Source of the DNA: an uncultured Clostridia bacterium
GTDB taxonomy: Bacteria; Bacillota; Clostridia; Oscillospirales; UBA644
Length of the DNA stretch: 40,891 nucleotides
Assembly (NCBI GenBank): GCA_944386305.1
Contig: CALXAN010000061.1
Span: 1-40,891, forward strand
Reading direction: 5' to 3'
Under the pieces are notes generated by a model. That model had not been told where the DNA came from, did not search any database, and saw only the letters and a list, made by a program, of their open reading frames with translations. The position numbers and the translations under genes were made by a program. Numbering within the stretch: position 1 is the stretch's first letter; the number at the start of each line of letters is the position of its first letter. Shown here in pieces: positions 1 to 8,874 of this stretch.

Positions 1-13
1 CCACGCGGCACAG

Positions 14-53
14 AAAAAGCGGGCAAGAAGTCTTTGACCTCTTACCCGCTTTT
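14..53 (-). terminator. Intrinsic terminator downstream of the XRE gene
   Basis: On the minus strand AAAAGCGGGUAAGAGGUC-AAA-GACUUCUUGCCCGCUUUU pairs fully, with two G-U pairs, and ends in a U run. Confidence 0.7.
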
Positions 54-133
54 GTGGCAATCCGTATGGCAGCTACCCTGTTTCAGTTGATTGTTGATGC
101 TGTTTTATGAGTAGCTACCATCAGCCAATCCTT

Positions 134-388
134 TTAGCCAATATTTATTTGGGAATCCAATCCGATAAAAAATTCATCATACGGTACGTTAAAAATCAGT
201 TTCAATCTAACCAAATCACCTATGAAGATGTTTCGTTTACCGTTTTCAATCTGTGACAGAGTGTTGATAGACATATCTCTTCCGTATTCTTCTAATGCTG
301 CCACTAAATCGGCTTGCGTCATATGATGAGACGCCCTTAATTTCTGTATGTTCTTGCCAATACTGTAATCCTGTAGAAGTTTATTCAT
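134..388 (-). CDS. XRE/Cro-CI family helix-turn-helix transcriptional regulator (84 aa)
   Basis: HTH_3-like pattern IGKNIQKLR..MTQADL..TLSQIENGKR; GGAGG RBS upstream; low GC. Confidence 0.88.
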   Translation of the reverse strand: MNKLLQDYSIGKNIQKLRASHHMTQADLVAALEEYGRDMSINTLSQIENGKRNIFIGDLVRLKLIFNVPYDEFFIGLDSQINIG

Positions 389-402
389 TTAATCCTCCAA
401 TC

Positions 403-476
403 TTTAACTATATAGTTAAATATGTATTGATTATAACACTATTTTCAATTATAATATTAACTATATAGTTAATATT
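403..476. promoter_or_regulatory. Two palindromic operators (core TTAACTATATAGTTAA) between divergent genes
   Basis: Perfect palindromes TTTAACTATATAGTTAAA (403-420) and AATATTAACTATATAGTTAATATT (453-476). Confidence 0.7.
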
Positions 477-499
477 GTGAAGAAAAGGGGTAAAAATTT

Positions 500-868
500 A
501 TGGAAAATCAAATGAGTGAATTTGAATCTCTCATAAAGTGGATTAGTCAAAATTTGGAATCATGGGATATAATTTGTGAAACCGGAATGGAAGCTAATCT
601 AAACGAAATTTCGGATATATCAAATTCATTATTAAATAACTCGCTGTACGGAGTTTTATTAATGTTTCTTTGCAAAAATTCCAGCTCATTAAAAATAGAA
701 ATGTCGTTAAAAGCAGCTTGTTTTAATGCAATGGCGGAACAAGGAAACTGCGACATAATCCGAAATATATTGTCCGATACCTGCAAATTTATTGACGAAT
801 ATCGCTGCGGAAAGAGAAGGGTTCTGACGGTTACAGACAGAAACAAGAATGAGCTGCAATGGGAATAA
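500..868 (+). CDS. Hypothetical protein (122 aa, low GC)
   Basis: ATG with an AAGGGG RBS-like site; long ORF in AT-rich DNA; divergent from the XRE gene; no family recognised. Confidence 0.65.
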   Translation: MENQMSEFESLIKWISQNLESWDIICETGMEANLNEISDISNSLLNNSLYGVLLMFLCKNSSSLKIEMSLKAACFNAMAEQGNCDIIRNILSDTCKFIDEYRCGKRRVLTVTDRNKNELQWE

Positions 869-1484
869 AACGGCAGCAAAATAAATTACGTATCGAATTG
901 ACAAAAAACGGAGGGTATTTCGGCCGGAGTTCGGGCCCGGCCGCATTAATATAAAAGAAGCCATGATATCGCGCCTTTAGGAGGCAATCTATAAGGCCTG
1001 GGGCGATAAAGCGCCGTAAGCGGCCGTCCTCGTCGTACAGGGTTGTGCGAATGCCGCTGATGACGTCGAGACTGTCGTCTGATTCGGTGTCAGTTTTATT
1101 TTTCCGTGCCGCAGACAGCCAATGCTCCCGGCCGACATGTGAACCATGTTGCAAATCCTCGCCGCGCACTGACGCTTGCGGCGCGTACGCGGTTATGCCG
1201 TGCGTGTCGCCGTATGCGCCGCCGCATATAATATACAGTACGGATATGCGCGGCCTACAGGCCGGATATCAAACAGGTGTATGATTTTTTTTGGCGCTGC
1301 ACTTCTTTGAGAAAAAAAATTGTATCGGCCCGAAAATGTGTAGTACCGAACAGGGCCGGTCCGTCCCCGTGCGGCCTTTGCGGAAGGCGTCTTTCTGCAG
1401 TATCGGGCATTGCAATATCTGCCTGCGGAAAAGGCCCGCGCCCGTCGGCGCCGCAGCAGGAGGCAAACGTATGATTTTTTTGTA

Positions 1485-1512
1485 ATATAATTTTTACGTT
1501 TCTCATACATTT
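1485..1512 (+). promoter_or_regulatory. Putative sigmaE-type promoter of spoIIID
   Basis: CATACATT at 1505-1512 resembles the sigmaE -10 box; spoIIID is a known sigmaE target. Confidence 0.45.
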
Positions 1513-1533
1513 CAGTAGGAGTGTGAGATAAAC

Positions 1534-1818
1534 ATGGACAATATTTCTCAAAGAGTCATGTCGCTTGCCGAATATATATCCGAAACGGGGGCCACGGTAA
1601 GGTGCGCGGCCAAGGTGTTCGGCGTGTCAAAGTCCACCGTACATAAGGACATGTCCGAGCGTCTGCAGCGCATGGACCCGCTCCTGTACGAAAAGGTGCG
1701 CAGGGTCCTGGATGTAAACAAACTGGAGCGCCATATCCGCGGCGGCTACGCCACCAAATCCAAATATGAGCACCTTGCACAAATGCGTTCCGACAGGAAT
1801 CCGCAAAATAACCTATAA
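1534..1818 (+). CDS. spoIIID: Sporulation transcription regulator SpoIIID
   Basis: ATVRCAAKVFGVSKSTVHKDM...ERHIRGGYATKSKY matches the SpoIIID signature; AGGAG RBS. Confidence 0.96.
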   Translation: MDNISQRVMSLAEYISETGATVRCAAKVFGVSKSTVHKDMSERLQRMDPLLYEKVRRVLDVNKLERHIRGGYATKSKYEHLAQMRSDRNPQNNL

Positions 1819-1927
1819 ATTTTTATAATCTGACATAAAATTCACGTAGAATTTACAAATTTTTATCATTTTATATAAGTTGACTTTTGCATCATGCTGC
1901 AATAATAGCCAAATTGCAAAAAAAAGC

Positions 1928-1956
1928 TTGACTGAAAATGTAAAGTATGATATATT
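1928..1956 (+). promoter_or_regulatory. sigmaA-type promoter of surface-protein paralog 1
   Basis: TTGACT-17 nt-TATATT with extended TG. Confidence 0.55.
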
Positions 1957-2040
1957 ATAGACGACAAAACGACATGACGCAGGAGGATCGAGTCCGTCGG
2001 TCCTCAGTAATTTTTTTTATTTCTTTAAGGAGGAAAGTAA

Positions 2041-3474
2041 ATGAAAAAGCTTTTAGCTTTGGTCATAACCCTGACCATGGCGCTGTCCGTGTTTTCCGTC
2101 TGTCTCTTTGCGGAAGAGGAAGAAAAGGAACCTATGCGCACTACGGCGACAGTCATTAACCCGCTGGTGGATATCTACAAGATAGGCACCGCGCCCAAGC
2201 GCGACGGTGTGGTGAGCGCCGGCGAATACGGCGACAAGATACATACCACCTACGAGGCGGGCAAGGAGGGCGAGTTCGACTATAACTACAACTTCCTCAG
2301 GGACGTCGACGCCGACTTCTACGCCTGCTGGGACGACCGGAACCTTTATTTGGCCTGGGTCGTACGCACTGACCATCACAGGGCCGATACTCCCGGTCAG
2401 GGGATGTGGATATGGAACTGCGTGCAGTTCGAGGTCTGCGACCGCGATCCGCGCTTAGAGGACAGGGTAGTGCTGTCTCTGGGCTGTGCTCCCGGTACGG
2501 GCGCGCAGGCCGGCAAGCAGCTTAGGGAGCTGTATAGTTCCGGGGGTCAAATTGATTTTAGTACTTTTTTTAGATCCTCAATGTGGCAGTTTACCGGCAA
2601 GAGGGACGATGCGGCCCAGACCACGACCTACGAGGTCAGCATCCCCTGGACTACGCTCAACACCGTTTCTATCAACGGTTACGGCGGATTTGGTGCTGAC
2701 ACCTCAGGCTTCGCCGCTCTCGGCGGCAAGGCTCAGGAAGGCACCGTCATAGGCCTGTCTTATGTGGTAAACGACACTACCGGTGTGCTGCAGATGGGCG
2801 CCGACCTGCCGGAGGGCGAGAGAGTGCCCGAATATGATACCACTGAGATGGAAACTTACGTCGGCTTTTGGGCTGACCAAAGGCACAGCGTACAGTGGGG
2901 CAGCTCCATACTCGGCGGATATGACGACGATGACGCCGGGATTGTGGCCGACAGCATGATGGCTGTAGTGACCCTCAGAGGCGAAAAGCAGGCCGATAAC
3001 GGCGATGACGACGATAACCAGGGCGGCAACCAGGGCGATAATAGCCAGGACGGAAACCAGGACGGCAATACTACCGACGACAACAATCCTTCTACCGGCA
3101 CTCCGTCCACAGGCGAACCCGCGACGGGCGAACCTGCTACAGGTACTCCTTCTACGGGCGTGCCCGAGACGGGCGCTCCGGCCACCGACGTGCCCGAAAC
3201 GCTCAATCCCGTAACCGGCTAGCCTCGGACTCCCGATGTCGACGAGCCTACGAATACTGACCCCGAAGACGAGGGCGGCAGCCTCCTGTGGCTGTGGATA
3301 GTCATCGGCGTAGTGGCCGCCGCGGCGATAGCGGCGATAGTCATAGTGCTGGTCAAGAAGAAGGGCGGTTCGGACGGCGATACTCCCGACGGCCCGACCG
3401 ACGGCCCGTCTCCCGAAGCCCCTGAGACCGGTGCAGCCTCCGACGAGACCGACACGGACGATAAACAGGAGTGA
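2041..3474 (+). pseudogene. Surface protein paralog 1 (signal peptide, CBM9/DOMON-like domain, PxTG-repeat stalk). An in-frame TAG at 3220-3222 separates a 393-aa ORF from an intact anchor-coding tail, so this is a truncated or secreted variant or a young pseudogene.
   Basis: TAG aligns with GAG (Glu) in both paralogs; the frame stays open through the WLWIVIGVVAAAAIAAIVIVLVKKK TM segment to TGA at 3472-3474; strong AAGGAGG RBS. Confidence 0.8.
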
Positions 3475-3561
3475 TATCGGCAATAAGACGATATTGTCTC
3501 AGGCTCCATAGTCTTTGAGCCCCCTGAGGAAATCAGGCGTAATATCTGTAAGCGACAATCG

Positions 3562-3592
3562 CGCGCAGCCCGTACGGGCTGCGCGTTTTTTT
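3562..3592 (+). terminator. Intrinsic terminator
   Basis: CGCGCAGCCC-GTAC-GGGCTGCGCG followed by TTTTTT. Confidence 0.85.
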
Positions 3593-3600
3593 GTATCAAG

Positions 3601-3743
3601 AAAACCACGCGACAGTCGCGTGGATCTGTGAAGGTTAACCGATGAGAAAAAAATCCTCCTTTTGTGTTAGAATAAAAAGACCTGCCAGCCGAAAAAACAC
3701 AAAAGGAGGATTTGTCTATGAAAAAAAGACATAAATAGTTTAG
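3601..3743 (+). mobile_element. Remnant left end of an IS200/IS605-family element
   Basis: Hairpin CCACGCGAC-A-GTCGCGTGG (3605-3623); perfect 18-bp stem 3651-3668/3696-3713 burying the AGGAGG RBS; ATGAAAAAAAGACATAAATAGTTTAG resembles the MK.DINSL start of Firmicutes TnpA but is frameshifted and truncated. Confidence 0.65.
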
Positions 3744-3934
3744 TATATCAGAACAATTAAAACGGAATAAGGAAAGTGATCAAATCGGCCTGTACGACCC
3801 ACGGGCCCCATTTATGGGCAGTAAGTAACAGATGCATGGCTGGCAGGCCAATGAAAAGGGCACTTGTGCCCGGCCGGCAGAGGGTAGGGCTATGTCCGAA
3901 AATGAACCCCGCTATGCGGGGGATATTTATTTGC

Positions 3935-4230
3935 TTTTGCGGCAGTATGCCGCGGGGGATGATCAGAATATTGCCTTGCGGCGGTATGTAACGGGAAATG
4001 ATCAAAGTACAGCTTTTGCGTTGCGGCGGCATGCAGCGGGGGATGAACAGAATACTGCCTTGCGGCGGTATGCCGCGGGGGACGATCAGAATACAGCTTT
4101 TGCTTTGCGGCGGAATGTAACGGGAAATGACCAAAGTACAGCTTTTGCTTTGCGGCGGTATGTAACGGGGAATGACCGAAATACGGCTTTTGATTTGCGG
4201 CGGCATGCCGCGGGGAATGATACAGTTTTG
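3935..4230. repeat. Degenerate tandem repeat, 7 units of 39 or 45 bp
   Basis: GCGGCGGTATG..CGGG.ATGA units start at 3939, 3978, 4023, 4062, 4107, 4152 and 4197. Confidence 0.9.
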
Positions 4231-4378
4231 CATTGCTGCGAGTCGGGCGCAAAAGTGTTTTTGAAGTCGGCTTTATAAAGAACGGTTTTTGCGCGGGCAG
4301 AGCAAAATGAATTATTATACGGATAATTGAAAAAAAAGTGTCCATTATGTGTAATTTTATACATATATCAAAAATCTA

Positions 4379-4408
4379 TTGACATAAAATACAAGGATGT
4401 GATAAAAT
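4379..4408 (+). promoter_or_regulatory. sigmaA-type promoter of paralog 2
   Basis: TTGACA-18 nt-TAAAAT with TG. Confidence 0.55.
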
Positions 4409-4479
4409 TAATGTGGTTCGGGAGACTCTATTTTTTTACAGCGGTAATTTGCATGCGTTATTTATGAGGAGGAACTCAT

Positions 4480-5958
4480 ATGAAGAAGTTTTTATCTATA
4501 TTATTGTGCGCGCTGCTGACGGTATCCATGTTTGCGGTCTGCGCCTCTGCTGAGGAGCAAAAGACGACTTATGCGACCGTTATCAACCCTCCGGTCGATA
4601 TTTATAAGGTTACCACTTCGCCCAAGCGCGACGGCGTGGTCAGCCCCGGCGAATACGGGGACAAGATACATACCACTTATGAGGCGGGCAAGGAAGGCGA
4701 GTTTGATTACAGGTACAATTTCCCTAAAGACGTGGACGCCGATTTCTATGCCTGCTGGGACGACAGGGCCCTGTATTTGGCCTGGGTCGTGCGTACCGAC
4801 CACCACAGGGCCGACGTTTCCGGTCCTGAAATGTGGATATGGAACTGCGTGCAGTTTGAGATCAGCGACCGCGACCCGCGCGAGGAAAACAGCGTAGTGC
4901 TGTCCCTGGGCTGTGCTCCCGGTACGGGCGCGCAGGCGGGCAAGCAGCTCAAGCAGCTCTTTACCTCTACGGGCAAGTATCCCCTTGATTCTTTCTTTAG
5001 GTCTTCTATGTGGCAGTTTACCGGCAGCAGGGACGACGCCGCAGGCACCACGACCTACGAGGTCAGCATTCCCTGGACTACGCTCAATACCGTTTCTATC
5101 AACGGTTATAACTCGCTGGACACTGACACCACGGGCTTTGCCGCGCTGGGCGGCGAGCCGCAGGAGGGCATGGTTTTCGGCCTGGGCTATGTCGTCAATG
5201 ACACTACGGGCGTGCTGCAGCAGGGCGTTGAACTTCTGCCCGGCGAGCCTGAGCCCGAATATGACCCGAATGATATGGACTCTTATGTCGGTTTTTGGGC
5301 GGACCAAAGGCACAGCGTACAGTGGGGCAGCTCCATACTCGGAGGGTATGACCACGATGACTTTTTAGCCGACAGCATGATGGCGGTAGCCACTCTCCGA
5401 GGCGTAAAGGGCGCTGACGACGGCGGCGATGAAGACGACGGCCAGGGCGGAAACGGCAGCCAGGATGACAATCAGGGCAGCAGCCAGGGCGGCAATCAAA
5501 GCGGGAACCAGGACGGAAATACTACCGGCGGCAGCAATCCCTCTACCGGCACTCCGTCCACCGGTGAACCTTCCACGGGCGAACCCTCTACGGGTGTGCC
5601 CGAGACGGGCGCCCCGGCCACCGACGTGCCCGAAACGCTCAATCCCGTAACCGGCGAGCCTCAGACTCCCGATGTCGACGAGCCTGCGGATACTGACCCC
5701 GAAGACGAGGGCGGCAGCCTTTTGTGGCTGTGGATAGTCATCGGTGTTGTGGCCGCCGCGGCGATAGCTGCGATAGTCATAGTATTGGTTAAGAAGAAGG
5801 GCGGTTCGGACGGCGGTGCTCCCGACGACCCGGACGACGGCCCTGAGACCGACGCGGCCCCCGAAGCCGCTGGGCCCGATGCGGCGGCTGACGGCTCTGC
5901 CGCCGACAGCGCAGAAAATACCGAAGCGTCTTCGGACTCAGGCGCCGACGATAAGTAA
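4480..5958 (+). CDS. Surface protein paralog 2: signal peptide, CBM9/DOMON-like domain, G/N/Q/D linker, PxTG repeats, C-terminal TM helix and acidic tail (492 aa)
   Basis: MKKFLSILL..ASA signal; PKRDGVVSPGEY, DFYACWDDRALYLAWVV, TTTYEVSIPWTTL and GLGYVVND resemble CBM9-like motifs; TM + KKK; GAGGAGG RBS. Confidence 0.85.
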   Translation: MKKFLSILLCALLTVSMFAVCASAEEQKTTYATVINPPVDIYKVTTSPKRDGVVSPGEYGDKIHTTYEAGKEGEFDYRYNFPKDVDADFYACWDDRALYLAWVVRTDHHRADVSGPEMWIWNCVQFEISDRDPREENSVVLSLGCAPGTGAQAGKQLKQLFTSTGKYPLDSFFRSSMWQFTGSRDDAAGTTTYEVSIPWTTLNTVSINGYNSLDTDTTGFAALGGEPQEGMVFGLGYVVNDTTGVLQQGVELLPGEPEPEYDPNDMDSYVGFWADQRHSVQWGSSILGGYDHDDFLADSMMAVATLRGVKGADDGGDEDDGQGGNGSQDDNQGSSQGGNQSGNQDGNTTGGSNPSTGTPSTGEPSTGEPSTGVPETGAPATDVPETLNPVTGEPQTPDVDEPADTDPEDEGGSLLWLWIVIGVVAAAAIAAIVIVLVKKKGGSDGGAPDDPDDGPETDAAPEAAGPDAAADGSAADSAENTEASSDSGADDK

Positions 5959-5977
5959 ATATATCCGTAAGATGACT

Positions 5978-6013
5978 TGCGCGCGGTTTTAACGGACCGC
6001 GCGCGGTTTATTT
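5978..6013 (+). terminator. Probable intrinsic terminator
   Basis: GCGCGCGGT...ACCGCGCGC stem followed by TTTATTT. Confidence 0.65.
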
Positions 6014-6254
6014 CTGAAGCCGAAGGGCAGGACAATTTTTTTTGAGACACAAGCCTTTTTGATAAACATGGAGGATACGGCGCATTTTTTGTACGAAAAG
6101 CCTTTTCTGCGCGGATATTTTTTCTTTGTAAAATGACAGGTAAGTCAGTCTTTTTAAGTGCGGAAATAAATTCAAGTATATAATTCGGTTTTTTGTACGG
6201 CGATAAAAAGAAAATTCGGCGATAAGGCGGCAGCGTGAGTTAGGTTCAGGTCTG

Positions 6255-6520
6255 AGTTTTCGCTTGATAAAAATTATTTTTTAAGCTTTGCGCAGCCACC
6301 CATACCGCATAAGCTTTCGCCTGTTAAAAAAAATTCTTTAGCTTTGCGCACCCTCTCTATATCGCATAAACTTTCTTTATATTAAAAAAATCTTTAAGCC
6401 TTATGCAGCTACCCATAACGCATAATATACGGCTTTCACTTATTAAAAATTATTCTTCAAGCTTTGCGCAGCTACACGTACAGCTTTCGCTTATTAAAAA
6501 AATTTAAGTTTCCGCATTCT
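6255..6520. repeat. Degenerate tandem repeat, ~5 units of 47-63 bp
   Basis: TTAAAAA..TT.AAGCTTTGCGCA..CGCATAA motif near 6284, 6340, 6397, 6460 and 6507. Confidence 0.75.
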
Positions 6521-7016
6521 CTCTGTATTTCTTGAAGGGCCGCCCATTCATTGTGTAATTAAAATTGGATAACGTCGGAATCCATTTTAAAAGGGAGGGC
6601 AAATAACGGTGCGCGAAATCCCTCCGCACGGGCGGTCGGCGTGTTAATTTTTTAAGCAGTAAAATAATTCAAGAAAAAATTTACCGGTTGTATATACATT
6701 ATCCATGCGTGACAGTGTTTAAGCGCCGTTGCGGGTGTTTTTGCTGCGCTGAAAGAGTTGCTGCGCTGTGCTTTTTTACGGCTTCGGAGTGCGGGTAGGT
6801 TTATTGAGGGTGCTTTGCTTGGTTTATTTTCGGCCGGCGTGTATAATGCGGCAGTTTTTTTGCCGTGTTTCTTTATAATATTTCTCCGGAGCATGGGCGG
6901 CCTTGAAGTGCGCTTTTTGCTCTGTTTATCGGATTTTTCACTGTGGCTGGAAGTCTGATTGCTGCGGCGGAAATTTAATTATAAAATGTCAATTTATACA
7001 AATAAATAAAAATAGC

Positions 7017-7046
7017 TTGACATAAAATATATATGTGTGGTAATAT
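7017..7046 (+). promoter_or_regulatory. sigmaA-type promoter of paralog 3
   Basis: TTGACA-18 nt-TAATAT with TG. Confidence 0.5.
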
Positions 7047-7127
7047 TAGTATGCGCCGAAGAGATAGTTTATTTATACGGCTTTATAAAAGCCGATGAGC
7101 AAAAATATTATGAGGAGGAATTCTCGT

Positions 7128-8546
7128 ATGAAAAAGCTTCTATCAATAATATTGTCCATGCTGATGACGATATCTATGTTTTCGCTGTGCGCGGCGGCCG
7201 AGGAGGAGACGGAAACAGAGCACGCCAAGACTACCGCCACCGTTATCAATCCGGAGATTGATATCTACAAGGTTACCACGGCGCCCAAGCGCGACGGCGT
7301 GGTCAGCCCCGGCGAATACGGCGACAAGATACATACCACGTATGAGGCGGGCAAGGAAGGCGAGTTCGACTATAACTATAATAAGCCCAAGAACGTCGAC
7401 GCCGACTTCTACGCCTGCTGGGACGACAGGGGGCTGTATCTTGCCTGGGTCGTGCGCACGGATCATCACAAGGCGCCGAAGGCGGGCGCTGAGATGTGGC
7501 TGTGGAACTGCATACAGTTCGAGATCTGCGACCGCGACCCGCGCTTAGACGACCGCGTCGTGTCGGGCTGGAGCATAGCCGTAGGCACGGACGCCCAGGC
7601 GGGCAAAAATCTCAAGGCGGTACAGACCCAGCATCAGACGTTCCTAAAGACCAACATGTGGCAGTTTACGGGCAAGCGGGACGACGCGGCCAATACCACC
7701 ACCTACGAAATGATGGTCCCCTGGACCAGCCTAAATACCATTTCGGTCAGCGGCTACGGCGAGATCAGCCCCGACACCACGGGCTTCGCCGCGCTGGGCG
7801 GTAAGCCGAAGGAAGGCATGGTTATAGGGCTGAGCTACTCTGTCAACGATACCACCGGCGAAAAGCAGATAAACCCGCCCGACCTGGCTGAAGGCGAAGT
7901 TCCGCCCGAATATAAGGAGGACGAGGTCCTTGAAGGCTTTTGGGCCGACCAAAGGCACACCGTGCAGTGGGGCAGCTCCATACTCGGCGGATATGACGAC
8001 GAAGACGCCGGAATTGTGGCCGATAGCATGATGGGTGTGGCCACTCTCAGAGGCGTTAAGGAAACTCCCGACGATGGCGGAGATGACAACCCCGGCGGCG
8101 GAACCGATAATCCCGGCGGCGGCAATACCGACGACCCTGACGACGATAACCCCTCTACCGGCACTCCGTCCACGGGTGAACCCTCCACTGGCGAACCTTC
8201 CACTGGCGAACCCTCTACGGGCGTGCCCGAAACCGGCGTTCCGGCTACCGACGTGCCCGAAACTCTTAATCCCGTAACCGACGAGCCTCAGACTCCCGAT
8301 ATCGACGAGCCTACGGATACTGACCCCGAAGACGAAGGCGGCAGCCTTGTATGGCTGTGGATAGTCATCGGCGTCGTGGCCGCTGCGGCGATAGCTGCGA
8401 TAGTCATAGTGCTGGTCAAGAAGAAGGGCGGTTCGGACGGCGGCGATACGCCCGACGGTCCGGACGACGGCGCAGCCCCTGATACCACTGTGACCTCCGA
8501 GACCGATGCGGCCCCTGAGACCGACGCGGACGATAGTCAGGAGTAA
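7128..8546 (+). CDS. Surface protein paralog 3 (same architecture, 472 aa from the MKKLL start)
   Basis: GAGGAGG RBS before ATG 7128; collinear with paralogs 1 and 2; TM anchor intact. Confidence 0.85.
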   Translation: MKKLLSIILSMLMTISMFSLCAAAEEETETEHAKTTATVINPEIDIYKVTTAPKRDGVVSPGEYGDKIHTTYEAGKEGEFDYNYNKPKNVDADFYACWDDRGLYLAWVVRTDHHKAPKAGAEMWLWNCIQFEICDRDPRLDDRVVSGWSIAVGTDAQAGKNLKAVQTQHQTFLKTNMWQFTGKRDDAANTTTYEMMVPWTSLNTISVSGYGEISPDTTGFAALGGKPKEGMVIGLSYSVNDTTGEKQINPPDLAEGEVPPEYKEDEVLEGFWADQRHTVQWGSSILGGYDDEDAGIVADSMMGVATLRGVKETPDDGGDDNPGGGTDNPGGGNTDDPDDDNPSTGTPSTGEPSTGEPSTGEPSTGVPETGVPATDVPETLNPVTDEPQTPDIDEPTDTDPEDEGGSLVWLWIVIGVVAAAAIAAIVIVLVKKKGGSDGGDTPDGPDDGAAPDTTVTSETDAAPETDADDSQE

Positions 8547-8632
8547 ACCAGTAAAATAACGACGGTATTCGCCTTACTGAGCCGGTCTTCGAGCCTTCTG
8601 CTTAGGAATCAGGCGTAATATCCGTAAACGAT

Positions 8633-8677
8633 AGCCGCGCGCGGCCACAACAGGCCGCGCGCGGCTTCTTCTTTTTT
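8633..8677 (+). terminator. Intrinsic terminator
   Basis: AGCCGCGCGCGGCC...GGCCGCGCGCGGCT followed by a T-rich tail. Confidence 0.8.
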
Positions 8678-8874
8678 CGGCCGCAGTATCCGTTTAGTCC
8701 CTATATGCCGCGGCTTGCTTTTAATTATGGTTTTATGCCTGTTATGCGGGGCTGCCGGCGTTCTCATCTCTTTCGTGCCGGTTATTGGGGGCTTGAGCCT
8801 TATCGCACGGCTGCAATGCGGTTTAATCTTAAGGCATTATCGCCGGCTGTGCAGCGGAATGCTGACTTTGGATC

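Noticed and set aside
1278-1482. GTATGATTTTTTT direct repeat ~190 bp apart as a target-site duplication
   Set aside because: Short and low-complexity, with no terminal repeats or other mobile-element evidence between the copies.
3220-3222. Genome-wide TAG recoding
   Set aside because: TAG terminates hydB, mrp and the pnuC-like gene at their expected ends, and no other gene has an internal TAG.
3832-4278. 148-aa ORF with ALRRYAAGDDQNT repeats, and the overlapping minus-strand ORFs
   Set aside because: Open frames follow from repeat units being multiples of 3; several frames on both strands are open and there is no convincing RBS.
2041-8546. Diversity-generating retroelement acting on the paralogs
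   Set aside because: No reverse transcriptase in the window, no TR/VR pair, and differences include indels and are not adenine-specific.
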